Source: an uncultured Candidatus Bathyarchaeia archaeon
GTDB lineage: Archaea; Thermoproteota; Bathyarchaeia; 40CM-2-53-6; CAVXDP01
Length of the DNA: 64,000 nucleotides
NCBI GenBank assembly: GCA_964562925.1
Contig: CAZLVF010000004.1
Span: 1,955-65,954 of the forward strand
Reading direction: 5' to 3'
Below are positions 19,799-29,234 of the stretch, piece by piece (positions within the stretch are counted from its first letter, which is position 1; each line of letters begins with the position of its first letter). The notes under the pieces are model-generated. The model saw nothing but the letters and a program-made list of their open reading frames with translations, ran no database searches and had not been told where the DNA came from. Position numbers and translations under genes: made by a program.

Positions 19799-20980
19799 AT
19801 GTCGTCAAGTTTTAGCATTATCGTTGGACCTCAGCACCCTGCACTAAAAGAACCGGAGAGCTTCAAGTTTACGGTTGACGGAGAGAATGTGGTGAAGGCC
19901 GAGGTTCGTATAGGATACGCGCACAAAGGCATCGAGAAGCTGGCTGAAACCAAGAACTACATTCAGAACATACCACTGATGGAGCGGATCTGCGGGATAT
20001 GCAATGTCGCTCACACAATCTGTTACTGCCAGAATGTCGAGTATCTTTATGAAAAGGAGATTCCACGGCGTGCAGAATACATCAGGGTCGTCATAGAAGA
20101 ACTTAACAGGATACACAGTCACCTCCTCTGGATAGGTGTCCTTGGACACGAGGTTGGCTTCGACACTCTCTTTATGTATCTTTGGAGAGACCGTGAAGTC
20201 GTCATGGATCTTATAGAGCTCCTGACGGGGAACAGAGTCTCGACCGCACTGATGACGATTGGAGGGGTCAGGCGAGACATCACCTCTGAGATAGCCCAGA
20301 AACTGAGGAAAGGAATGGATATTCTCGAGGAAAGAACAAGATACTACAAGAAGGTTGTGACAGATGAACGCTCATTACTGCAAAGAGCGGTGGGTGTGGG
20401 TAGGCTTACACCTGCCGAGGCGATAAAACATTCAGCCGTTGGACCGACTCTTAGAGCGTCAGGAATAAGATCTGACGTTAGAAGCGATGATCCGTACGCG
20501 GCTCATGATGAGATTCCATTCAACGTCATCACTCATGGTTCCTGCGACATGTTCGGAAGGGTCGTCGTCAGAGTCGACGAGACGATTGAAGCCATAAACC
20601 AGGTACGATACTGCCTCGACCAAATGCCCGACGGCCCGATCAGAACTCGGTTACCCAACACGCCGCCCAGAGGAGAATCGGTCAGCCGAGTGGAAGCTCC
20701 AAGGGGCGAAGATATCCACTACGTGAAGTCCAATGGCACGGACAAACCGGAAAGGTACAAGGTTCGGGCGCCCACCCTAGGAAATCTCTCAGCGCTTGTA
20801 GAGATGTTGACTTCAAAGGAGGACTACCAGGTGCACATCGCAGATATACCTGTCGTTCTGGCCGGCATAGACCCGTGCATGTGCTGCATGGATCGAACCG
20901 CTCGGTTTGTCGAACCTTCGAGAGAGAAAGAGTGGATCTGGACCTGGGAACAGCTCAAGAAGTACACTGAGAGGATGTGA
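19799..20980 (+). CDS. [NiFe] hydrogenase large subunit, group-4 / NuoD-like, with both Ni-binding motifs
   Basis: The N-terminal L1 motif RICGICNVAH and the C-terminal L2 motif DPCMCCMDR are both intact. This is unlike complex I NuoD, which lacks these cysteines. Confidence 0.75.
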   Translation: MSSSFSIIVGPQHPALKEPESFKFTVDGENVVKAEVRIGYAHKGIEKLAETKNYIQNIPLMERICGICNVAHTICYCQNVEYLYEKEIPRRAEYIRVVIEELNRIHSHLLWIGVLGHEVGFDTLFMYLWRDREVVMDLIELLTGNRVSTALMTIGGVRRDITSEIAQKLRKGMDILEERTRYYKKVVTDERSLLQRAVGVGRLTPAEAIKHSAVGPTLRASGIRSDVRSDDPYAAHDEIPFNVITHGSCDMFGRVVVRVDETIEAINQVRYCLDQMPDGPIRTRLPNTPPRGESVSRVEAPRGEDIHYVKSNGTDKPERYKVRAPTLGNLSALVEMLTSKEDYQVHIADIPVVLAGIDPCMCCMDRTARFVEPSREKEWIWTWEQLKKYTERM

Positions 20981-21333
20981 AACCCATGTCCATGACTCCA
21001 GAGGTGTACAGGAACCTATTCAAGAAGAGAGCGACAATCCTCTATCCATTCAAGGAGAGAGAACTCGTCCCAGTTCCGAAAGGGCTTAGAGGTAAACTGG
21101 CCTTCAATCTTGAAAGATGCATAGGATGCAGCATGTGCTTCCGCTCATGCCCCTCAGAAACGGTTGAGATGATCGATGACGAGACAAAGAAACGCCCAAA
21201 GAGACCGATCTTCTACCTTGACCGATGCACATTTTGCGCACAATGCGAAGAGGTCTGCCCAACCCGCGCTATAGAGATGACCTTGAACTTCGAGCTTGCA
21301 GGCTTTGATAGAAAGCAGACCCTGCTTAAGTGA
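20977..21333 (+). CDS. 2x[4Fe-4S] ferredoxin subunit (NuoI/EchF-like)
   Basis: Two clusters: CIGCSMCFRSCP and CTFCAQCEEVCP. It overlaps the large subunit by 4 bp. Confidence 0.75.
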   Translation: MKPMSMTPEVYRNLFKKRATILYPFKERELVPVPKGLRGKLAFNLERCIGCSMCFRSCPSETVEMIDDETKKRPKRPIFYLDRCTFCAQCEEVCPTRAIEMTLNFELAGFDRKQTLLK

Positions 21334-21372
21334 GGAAACGAGAGCAGAAAGAGCTCCGAACCAACGTACAGA

Positions 21373-22467
21373 CTAATCGGGAACAGTCACGGAGGAATGG
21401 GATATATACTTGGCCTCTCTCCCCTTCTTCCTAGACGAGATTTCCCTGACCAGAGATAGTCCATCCCCTGCAATAGGCTTTGCTTCTATAATGTTTTTCT
21501 CAACAGCGCTCCTAACCAGCCTCTCACCTTTCTCTGTCCGGACTAGTACCACGCACCAACCATCCGGAGCGCCGTCCGCACCTACCGATATGTCGGCCAG
21601 TTCTGATGTGAAGTCATCGCATTTACTGCACGCTTCAAGCAGGCATGGTTCGATCTCTTTGGTGGGGCTCTCGAGCACCACTCTTTCTCCTTGATAGACT
21701 CTGAGGCGGCCGTCCCTAGCCTGCAAACTCATCTTTGTGGTCGCCTGCAAATCAATATTCTTCCGAGCCTTCAAGTAGTCAATTACAAGTTTGTTGTGAT
21801 GATAACTGTTGTTGCAGAACAATCCGATCGCTAGTTCCACCCATTCTCCCAACTTACGAGGACCGAACGTTGAGGTGGAGACTCTCCTCAGCGCCTGAAT
21901 CTGGCAAGGCAAACCTACGAAGGCGAGTTTGGAATCTGGGTAGCCGAGCGCCGCGTCTTTCACCTTCGACAGCGAAGCGCTTGCACTACATTTTGTTCCA
22001 GCAGCAGCAAGCAGTTGTTCAAGACGCTTCATCTCTATCGGCACAGGTCTCCAAGGTTTCTCATCTGTTCTAGTGGTTCCGACAGCGTAGTCCACAAGGC
22101 CTGTGTCGATCGCGTGAGCTAGAAGTGATGTAACGACTCCGCCGTTCTGCGCAACCTTCAAGACCGCTTCGTCCTTTGACCGGGCGACGTGGGATTCCCG
22201 AATGATTCCGAGGTCCGTCTCCTCTTTCGATCTTGCACGCTTGAACATCCATGTCTCGATCCCGTCTCTCGGAAGCTCGACGCGTGGGCATGAATAGTAA
22301 CAGAGTTGACAGAGGACGCAGATGCCTTTGATGGTGGGTTTCTCATCTTCAGTTGGAAACAGAACGTTAACGGGACAGGCGGCTATGCAGGCTCCGCAGA
22401 ACATGCAGAGGTTACTCTGCACGACCTCCTTGACCAGAGTCCCGAATATCTTTAGTGGCTGGGACAA
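21373..22467 (-). CDS. Coenzyme F420 hydrogenase/dehydrogenase beta-subunit family protein (FpoF/FrhB-like) with an N-terminal 2x[4Fe-4S] domain
   Basis: The N-terminus has CMFCGACIAACP and CVLCQLCYYSCP. A FrhB-like body follows, with C-terminal Cys (CSKCDD). Confidence 0.6.
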   Translation of the reverse strand: MSQPLKIFGTLVKEVVQSNLCMFCGACIAACPVNVLFPTEDEKPTIKGICVLCQLCYYSCPRVELPRDGIETWMFKRARSKEETDLGIIRESHVARSKDEAVLKVAQNGGVVTSLLAHAIDTGLVDYAVGTTRTDEKPWRPVPIEMKRLEQLLAAAGTKCSASASLSKVKDAALGYPDSKLAFVGLPCQIQALRRVSTSTFGPRKLGEWVELAIGLFCNNSYHHNKLVIDYLKARKNIDLQATTKMSLQARDGRLRVYQGERVVLESPTKEIEPCLLEACSKCDDFTSELADISVGADGAPDGWCVVLVRTEKGERLVRSAVEKNIIEAKPIAGDGLSLVREISSRKKGREAKYISHSSVTVPD

Positions 22468-22564
22468 TTCATGTCATTCTCCGATCATTACGTGTAGCGT
22501 TCGCTTTTCTCCGTACGTGTTAGATTAAAACCTTTACGATATCTATTCGATCGCTATTCTGCTT

Positions 22565-24496
22565 CTACCTGAAGTATGGAATCACGTCTTTCGATATCAA
22601 GTAGATGGCATCCGCTTTGTTGGGGCCGATCGGTGACCCTACCACTATCTGCGTTACACCGGTCCTCAATATCTCGTCTATCTTGTTCACGATGTCGCTC
22701 GGCCTCCCACATATCGCGAACGAGTCAAGCATCTGGTCTGTTACGGCTTTGAAGGCGTCCCCGAACTTGCCTTTCTCCAAGAAGGCTAGGATTTGTGATG
22801 CGTTCTCCGCAGGGATATCATGCCTCTTTAGAACCTCGGCTGGGCTTCCAGCAACTATGAAAGCGACAACCTCCTTGGCTTTTTCTCTGGCTTTGATCTT
22901 GTCGTAATCAACGGATACGCTCGCGTAGGCTACAACGTCTATCTTGGACTTGTCCCTTCCACTCGCCTGAAGACCCTTGCTTATCTGCTCGGCGGCGAAC
23001 TTGAAGTCACGTGGGTGCGCCGCGTTTATCAATACGCCATCAGCTATCGTCCCGGCAAGTTCAAGAAGCTTGGGCCCTTGCGCGCCGATATAAACCGGTG
23101 GTGACCTTTTCGGCTTGTAGTTCAACCTCGCCCCTTTCAACGAGAAGACCTTCCCGTCGAACTTCACGGTCTCCCCACGCCAAAGCCGTTTTATGATCTC
23201 GACGCATTCCCTCATGGCCGCGAGAGGCTTCCCAGAGGCTATACCCAGAGATCTCAGGGTTGTCACGTCACCTGGGCCTAGGCCTAGTATCGCTCGGTTT
23301 TCTGAAAGTTCATCTAGTGTCGCAACGGCGGAGGCGGTCCATGCGGGGTTTATGTGAAACGGGTTTGTCACGCCAGTTCCTATTGTGATCGTCTTTGTAT
23401 TAAGCGCGATAGATGTGAGGAGTATGTAGATGTTCCGGTTGTTGTAGTGGTCTGTAACCCATACGTTGTCGAAGCCTCCATTCTCAGCTGCCTTTACCCA
23501 GTTGACTATCTTGTCAACAGCTTTGTCTGGAACGAACTCTATTCCAAACTTGGGTTTGGCTACTCCCTCTGGAAGACGTGCTCCCTTCTCTAAGAAAAGC
23601 GACTTCGAAATCTCGTAGGCTACGGCATGGTCGAACACGCCTTTCGTTAGGTCGATGGCACGCCTAAAAAGCTCGGCCTCGATCGTATTCTTAGATGCTC
23701 CTATAGCCAGGGCGCCTATCCCACGAACGCCAGGCGTGAACTCGATGCCATCGTCTGTCGGCTTTAGGCCCTCGACCCCTGTTGGCGGAACAGCATTCAC
23801 GTCTCCAACGACCTTGCATTTTGAACCGTAGCTTTTCAGTGTGTCCAATGATAGAAGCTGGACGCCAGCTGTCCCCGCCACGATGATAATATCAGAATCT
23901 TGAATCGCTTTCCCTATCTCGTCCTGTGTCTGACCTCTAGCACCTTGAACCAGAGTTGTCTTCAGTTCCTGGTTTATCTTATCGACTAATGCCCTGGCCT
24001 TCTCGAGGCTTCTCGAGGTTGCTGTTACAGGGATGCTTTCCGACGCAAGCAGGTAGGTTGCTATCTTTCCTACCGGCCCAGTGGCAGCCAGAACCGTTGC
24101 CTTCGCACCCTTCAAGCTTGGATTATGCTTGCGGTAGAGAGCGAGAACCCTTGCCACAACAGCTGAGCCAGTGGTTGATGCTCCCCTCGGATCGACTATG
24201 ATTCCCAACTCGAAAGGTGGGAACATCGCTTTTCTGGCTTCGCTGAGTATCTGGTCTGCTTTCTCGACATCATATCCACCGATGAAGATCTTTGTTTTCT
24301 TGGCGCCTTCCGATCCACGTGGAAACATCGCGTCTTGAACAATCTTTCTGGTATCGCTTGACTCCACATTACTATAGTAGACTATCTGAGCCTCTGGATA
24401 CAGATAGGAAGCCGTCAATAGATCAAAGGCACTCGCATGTTTATCGGTATCTAGGAAGATTATGGTATTTCTTAGAGAACCTGCCATCACAAACAC
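22565..24496 (-). CDS. Fusion protein: N-terminal MtdA-like NAD(P)-dependent methylene-H4MPT/H4F dehydrogenase + C-terminal Mer (F420-dependent 5,10-methylene-H4MPT reductase, LLM family)
   Basis: The N-terminal ~300 aa match MtdA in recalled segments (FLDTD..SAFD, IFIGGYDVEKADQ, VVARVLALYRK, ATVLAATGPVG). The C-terminal ~330 aa match Mer (KFGIEFVP...TDHYNNRNIY...GTGVTNPF...SPIGPNKAD). Confidence 0.7.
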   Translation of the reverse strand: MFVMAGSLRNTIIFLDTDKHASAFDLLTASYLYPEAQIVYYSNVESSDTRKIVQDAMFPRGSEGAKKTKIFIGGYDVEKADQILSEARKAMFPPFELGIIVDPRGASTTGSAVVARVLALYRKHNPSLKGAKATVLAATGPVGKIATYLLASESIPVTATSRSLEKARALVDKINQELKTTLVQGARGQTQDEIGKAIQDSDIIIVAGTAGVQLLSLDTLKSYGSKCKVVGDVNAVPPTGVEGLKPTDDGIEFTPGVRGIGALAIGASKNTIEAELFRRAIDLTKGVFDHAVAYEISKSLFLEKGARLPEGVAKPKFGIEFVPDKAVDKIVNWVKAAENGGFDNVWVTDHYNNRNIYILLTSIALNTKTITIGTGVTNPFHINPAWTASAVATLDELSENRAILGLGPGDVTTLRSLGIASGKPLAAMRECVEIIKRLWRGETVKFDGKVFSLKGARLNYKPKRSPPVYIGAQGPKLLELAGTIADGVLINAAHPRDFKFAAEQISKGLQASGRDKSKIDVVAYASVSVDYDKIKAREKAKEVVAFIVAGSPAEVLKRHDIPAENASQILAFLEKGKFGDAFKAVTDQMLDSFAICGRPSDIVNKIDEILRTGVTQIVVGSPIGPNKADAIYLISKDVIPYFR

Positions 24497-24662
24497 CTTG
24501 AGATATCGCTACGTGATCAGTACTCATTCAAGAAAAAGGTTTCGACAGGGCAGTGACATGCGATAAACTGATCATACGTAACCGGAATACAGCTGCGCTT
24601 TCTGCTTCAAGCTTCGTTAGCCACAAAACATTTTTGTGGTCTACTAGAGATCTAGTGATAGC

Positions 24663-25316
24663 TCAAGAGTGAGACCGCCTAAGGTGTTTGTCGAATATGT
24701 CGAGCTTCAATTTTCTTGCTCTATTGATGAAGCTTATTGGCCTCCCATAGGCCCACGTTCTGCCATTTCTGATGGCATTAACCACATCGTCTATAGATCG
24801 CGACTCGGCGTCGATAACTGTGTAGCCGTCTCCAATCGTCTCAGGCAGGTGTGAATCGCTCCCACCAATCACAGGCAGACTAGCGTGCCTTGCAAACCTT
24901 TCCGCCAACCATTTGGACAGTGAGAAGAACGGTGCAGACGCATTCACCGTCTCTACGGCATCCGCACTCTTCAGCAGCCTTAGCGGCGTGAGGCTTGACC
25001 TAACAAAATCGTATGGATGCGGTAAGACTGCCAACCCATCTTGACCGTGTATCTTCTCCACAGTCTCTTCAGCAGACAACCCTCTCTTCACAGGATCCTT
25101 CACATCCAATGCAAGTAGATGGCCGTGCCTTGTACTGATTTCTACTCCAGGAATAACTATGATCTCCTCGGACCGCATCCTTGAAAGCACATTGTGGTCG
25201 GTTACAGCCACGCCGTCAAGGCCCCTGCTCATGACAATCCAAGGGAGATCTTGAGGAACCGTGTAGCTGTCGCCTGAGCACGTTGTGTGCACGTGTAAGT
25301 CCAACTTCAGAAGCAT
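24663..25316 (-). CDS. PHP-domain phosphoesterase
   Basis: N-terminal LDLHVHTTCSGDS metal-binding motif. Confidence 0.6.
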   Translation of the reverse strand: MLLKLDLHVHTTCSGDSYTVPQDLPWIVMSRGLDGVAVTDHNVLSRMRSEEIIVIPGVEISTRHGHLLALDVKDPVKRGLSAEETVEKIHGQDGLAVLPHPYDFVRSSLTPLRLLKSADAVETVNASAPFFSLSKWLAERFARHASLPVIGGSDSHLPETIGDGYTVIDAESRSIDDVVNAIRNGRTWAYGRPISFINRARKLKLDIFDKHLRRSHS

Positions 25317-25386
25317 CCAAGCTCCCCGTTTTCCAGTGTCTTCCGACGTTTACGAGCTCAATGTAAGAGAAAGATTATCGGTTTGC

Positions 25387-27054
25387 TTAGCGTAGCCTTT
25401 TCTGTATCTCGTCCGAGTCGACTTTCTTGAATATCGGCTCTGGTTTACCAATCTTATGTCCTGGATGAAGCAAGTGGATGCCTATCTTGTCCCAGACGCC
25501 AACAGCAGCTCTTTCCTCCAATCCCAGCTGGCTGAGAATCTTTCTCGAAGTATTCGGTATGAACGGCTCCAAGAGAAAAGCGAGCGCGTGAACTAGCTGA
25601 ACCGCAACATATAGAGTTGTATCCGCCCTCTTCTTGTGGGTCTTTATCAGATGCCACGGCTCACGCAAGCTCATGTATTGATTTCCATTTCTTGCCATCT
25701 CGACGATTAGGAGCAAAGCCTCTCGGAGAAGAAGTTTCTCGAAAAGCTCTCCCACGCGAGTCGGAGCCTGCTTGATTTCATCCATTAAGCGACTATCGGC
25801 ATCATCAAAACTATCCGGTTCTGGAACCTCACCATCGTACCTCGCGGCCAGAAACGTCAATGTACGATTGATGAAGTTCCCGATGGCATCGTTAAGCCCA
25901 GAGTTGACGAGACTTCCGAATTCGGGCCAAGTAAAATTCGCATCCTTGGATTCAGGTCTCATCGCCATCAGGACGAACCTCCAGTAATCGGGGTCTGCTA
26001 TCTCCAAAGCCTCGTCGACCCATATCCCGATTCTTCTACTCTTAGAGAATTTCTGGGACTCGAAGAGAATGAACTCTGTGGAAGAAACCTGCCAGGGAAG
26101 AACGTAATCGTCACTCGTCGCCATGAGCAACGCTGGAAAGATTATTGTGTGGAACGGAATGTTGTCTTTCCCTATGAAATGGACATTCCTCGTTGAACTG
26201 TCAAACCAGAAACTCTTCCAGTCGAGAGGTCTTCCGGCCTTCTCAGCCCATTCCACCACAGCCGAGACATATCCCAGTACCGCTTCTATCCAAACGTACA
26301 CCGTCTTATCCTCTGCACCCGGGAAAGGAGCGGGTATACCCCATTTGTTGTCTCGTGTGAGGGCTCTAGGTTTCAAACCTTCTTGAATCCATCTCATTGA
26401 AAAATTCCGAGCGTTACTCGGGAACTCTGTGCATGCATCCAGATATGCTTTGATCCGACTTTCCAGTTTTGGAAGATCAAAGAGCCAATGTTTAGAAGAC
26501 CTAGTCTCAGGCTCTGTCCCACATAGAACGCACCTTGCATTCTTCAACTCAAGGGGTTCCAGAACCCTGCCGCAACTTTCGCACTGGTCTCCTTTCGCGT
26601 TGTCGTAGCTGCAATAGGGACATTGGCCCTCCACAAACCTGTCTGGAAGAAAACGCTCACATTTCTTACAGTATGGCATGCTCGTTGTTTGTTGAAAGAT
26701 GTACCCATTCTCATAGATCTTCTTACAAATATCTTGGACAATCCTGATGTGAACGGGGTTTTCCGTTCTTGTATAGTTGGTTAGGTCAACTTCGTACTTC
26801 TCTAACAATTGGCATATGATCATGTGATACTTGTCTGTTAACTGCTTGGGAGCCACTCCAGCTCTTATGGCCTCAACCTCTACGGGGGTACCATGTTCAT
26901 CAGAGCCGCTTACTGAGACAAACTCGTCACCTTTGAGTTTTAGATATCTTGAGAAAACGTCAGCGGAGAGGAGCTGGATGAATGTTCCAAGATGAGGGAC
27001 AGTATTTACATAAGGCCAAGCGGAACATACGATCCACTTTCGCTTCGTCAGCAA
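25387..27054 (-). CDS. metG: Methionyl-tRNA synthetase (short form)
   Basis: Class I aaRS with KFSKS (the KMSKS position), an FLPDRFVEGQCPYC...CESCG zinc-knuckle connective peptide, and YVWIEAVLGY. The HIGH position reads PHLGT. Confidence 0.7.
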   Translation of the reverse strand: MLTKRKWIVCSAWPYVNTVPHLGTFIQLLSADVFSRYLKLKGDEFVSVSGSDEHGTPVEVEAIRAGVAPKQLTDKYHMIICQLLEKYEVDLTNYTRTENPVHIRIVQDICKKIYENGYIFQQTTSMPYCKKCERFLPDRFVEGQCPYCSYDNAKGDQCESCGRVLEPLELKNARCVLCGTEPETRSSKHWLFDLPKLESRIKAYLDACTEFPSNARNFSMRWIQEGLKPRALTRDNKWGIPAPFPGAEDKTVYVWIEAVLGYVSAVVEWAEKAGRPLDWKSFWFDSSTRNVHFIGKDNIPFHTIIFPALLMATSDDYVLPWQVSSTEFILFESQKFSKSRRIGIWVDEALEIADPDYWRFVLMAMRPESKDANFTWPEFGSLVNSGLNDAIGNFINRTLTFLAARYDGEVPEPDSFDDADSRLMDEIKQAPTRVGELFEKLLLREALLLIVEMARNGNQYMSLREPWHLIKTHKKRADTTLYVAVQLVHALAFLLEPFIPNTSRKILSQLGLEERAAVGVWDKIGIHLLHPGHKIGKPEPIFKKVDSDEIQKRLR

Positions 27055-27263
27055 ACATCAACCACTCTAAACGTGGCAGTGAGACTGATAGACTGGTGGC
27101 GTGTTCAAAAAGTTTCTGCAAATCTCTTGGAATACGCAGTAAGAAAGAGAATAGATTTCCAAAGGAACCAAACATGTTTAAGGTAGGTTTTGGACTGTCG
27201 TGGGTGTGAAGAACGCTTTTAACCAAGGCCGAGAGTTCATAGAGGAGAGTTGCAATCGACACT

Positions 27264-27674
27264 ATGAGCGAAGAGTACATCCGCCTGCTGGACCAAGCGC
27301 TCGAAAAGGTACCGCGGAAGATCTCGTCAGGTGAAAGATTCGAGATTCCCGCACCGGCCATGCGAACTACAGGCGGGCGGACGACCATATACAATTTCGG
27401 CGAGATCTGCCTTCGCCTCAACCGAGACGATCATCACGTTCTAAAGTTTCTTTCAAAGGAAATGGCTACCGCCGGAACCCTGAGCGGAGGCCGAGCAGTG
27501 TTCCAAGGCCGATTCAAAGAGTTATCTATTCGCCGACTCTTGGACATATACAGTCACAAGTACGTGATATGTCCAATCTGCGGCAGGCCGGATACGAAGG
27601 TTCAGAAGGAGGAACGTTTCCTATTCCTCGTCTGCGAGGCATGCGGCGCCAAGTCTTCCATCCTGCCGATGTAG
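27264..27674 (+). CDS. eif2b: Translation initiation factor 2 beta subunit
   Basis: Core motifs plus a C-terminal CPICG...CEACG zinc ribbon. Confidence 0.8.
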   Translation: MSEEYIRLLDQALEKVPRKISSGERFEIPAPAMRTTGGRTTIYNFGEICLRLNRDDHHVLKFLSKEMATAGTLSGGRAVFQGRFKELSIRRLLDIYSHKYVICPICGRPDTKVQKEERFLFLVCEACGAKSSILPM

Positions 27675-27689
27675 CTCGGAGGTAGGCAC

Positions 27690-27989
27690 GTGAAGAGCGT
27701 ATACCTCAAGGTATTTCGAGACAGAAAATGTGCCCTAGTCGCAGCATGCGACAGCGACCTCATAGGCAAGACATTTCGTGAAGGAAAACTGAAACTTGAA
27801 GTTGCTAGAGATTTCTATGCAGGTAAGCTTACCAGTCTGGATGAAACCCTCAGGCTCCTTGATAGCGCAGACATGGCAAATCTTGTAGGTCCATGTGTTG
27901 TAGACGCGGCTGTCAAGAAAGGTCTTGTAAATCCTGATGCCATCATCTCGGTGGATGGAGTTCCTCACGTACAGTTCATGAAACTGTAA
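27690..27989 (+). CDS. DUF424-like small conserved archaeal protein
   Basis: About 100 aa, positioned between aIF2beta and aIF1A. Confidence 0.4.
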   Translation: MKSVYLKVFRDRKCALVAACDSDLIGKTFREGKLKLEVARDFYAGKLTSLDETLRLLDSADMANLVGPCVVDAAVKKGLVNPDAIISVDGVPHVQFMKL

Positions 27990-28105
27990 GACACACCTAT
28001 CTTTCTAGACCTTATGGCATACGCAGATACTGCCAGAAAAACGTCAACTATTCTTAAAAGGATACTCTGTCGTATATTGCTGAAGTTTCGGATCGAGATC
28101 TATCA

Positions 28106-28414
28106 ATGGGAAAGAAGAAGGTTCTCAGTGAGGAATCGCTGAGAGAAATGGTAATGCCGGCTGAAGGACAATTATTCGGCGTCGTCTTTCAGATGCTGGG
28201 TTACGACAGACTATTGGTCAAATGTACCGACGGCCACGAAAGAGTCTGTCGAATAAGAGGGAAGATGAAGAGACGCGTCTGGATTAAGGTCGGTGACATC
28301 GTACTCGTTGCGCCTTGGGACTTCCAGTTCGAGAGCAGAGGAGATATTCTATGGAGATATACAGAGGGCCAGTCTATCATGCTCAAGAAACAAGGCTACC
28401 TGAATATCGCCTGA
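28106..28414 (+). CDS. eif1a: Translation initiation factor 1A
   Basis: S1/OB fold; GQLFGVV..MLG...VKC.DG..R.C.IRGKM...W...GDIVLV pattern. Confidence 0.8.
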   Translation: MGKKKVLSEESLREMVMPAEGQLFGVVFQMLGYDRLLVKCTDGHERVCRIRGKMKRRVWIKVGDIVLVAPWDFQFESRGDILWRYTEGQSIMLKKQGYLNIA

Positions 28415-28426
28415 GGAGAATAAGAG

Positions 28427-29224
28427 GTGGCGGTTCCCACAGAGAAGGAAGAGAGAAGGGTTAGACTAAGAGAGAGGCGCTACGTCGTTGAGCGTTTGAT
28501 GAGAGAAAAAAGAAGCGAAGAGATGGAAGTTCTTGAAGAAGTCTTTGACAAACCGACCTTAATGATCATTTATCGCATGCTCAATACAAGAAAGATATCG
28601 AAAGTCTGTGGGGTCGTCCGATCCGGAAAAGAGTCACGCATCTACTGGGCAAAGGACTATAAGAACAGAGATCTCGCACTTAAGGTATATCTCACAACCT
28701 CAGCCGAGTTCAGGAAGGGGATGTTGACCTACATAGAGGGCGACCCAAGATTCTTCAGGTTCAAGCGGGACACCCGTTCAATGGTTTACCTCTGGGCCCA
28801 AAAGGAGTTCAAGAACCTTCAATCAGCCTTCTCAGCTGCGGTGAGGGTGCCTAGACCCTGGAACCTTGATGGAAACGTTCTCGCAATGGAGTTTATTGGC
28901 GACGGAGGAGAGCCTGCGCCGCTACTGAAAGAGGCGAGACTCACCGATCCTGGAAGGATCTATAGACGAGTCTTGGGATTCGTGAACAAGCTCTACAGAA
29001 AGGCTAGATTGGTTCACAGCGACCTGAGCGAGTATAACATAATGGTGTGGAAAAAGGAGCCTGTTCTTTTCGACCTCTCACAGTCTGTGCCCTTGGAACA
29101 CCCTATGGCTGAACTATTCTTGAAGAGAGACCTCGTTAACATCAACATCTACTTCGCGGGCCATGGTGTCAATGTCATACCATTAGGAGAAGTATACGAA
29201 CGGGTGGTGGGCAAAACTGGCTGA
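28427..29224 (+). CDS. rio1: RIO-type serine/threonine protein kinase
   Basis: RIO domain with the catalytic motif LVHSDLSEYNIMV. It also sits in the conserved neighbourhood with eIF1A and the KH protein. Confidence 0.8.
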   Translation: MAVPTEKEERRVRLRERRYVVERLMREKRSEEMEVLEEVFDKPTLMIIYRMLNTRKISKVCGVVRSGKESRIYWAKDYKNRDLALKVYLTTSAEFRKGMLTYIEGDPRFFRFKRDTRSMVYLWAQKEFKNLQSAFSAAVRVPRPWNLDGNVLAMEFIGDGGEPAPLLKEARLTDPGRIYRRVLGFVNKLYRKARLVHSDLSEYNIMVWKKEPVLFDLSQSVPLEHPMAELFLKRDLVNINIYFAGHGVNVIPLGEVYERVVGKTG

Positions 29225-29234
29225 AGTCAGTACG

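Noticed and set aside
19799-20980. Calling the NuoD-like protein a complex I / Fpo subunit
   Set aside because: Both [NiFe]-ligating CxxC motifs are intact. Complex-I-type NuoD/FpoD have lost them.
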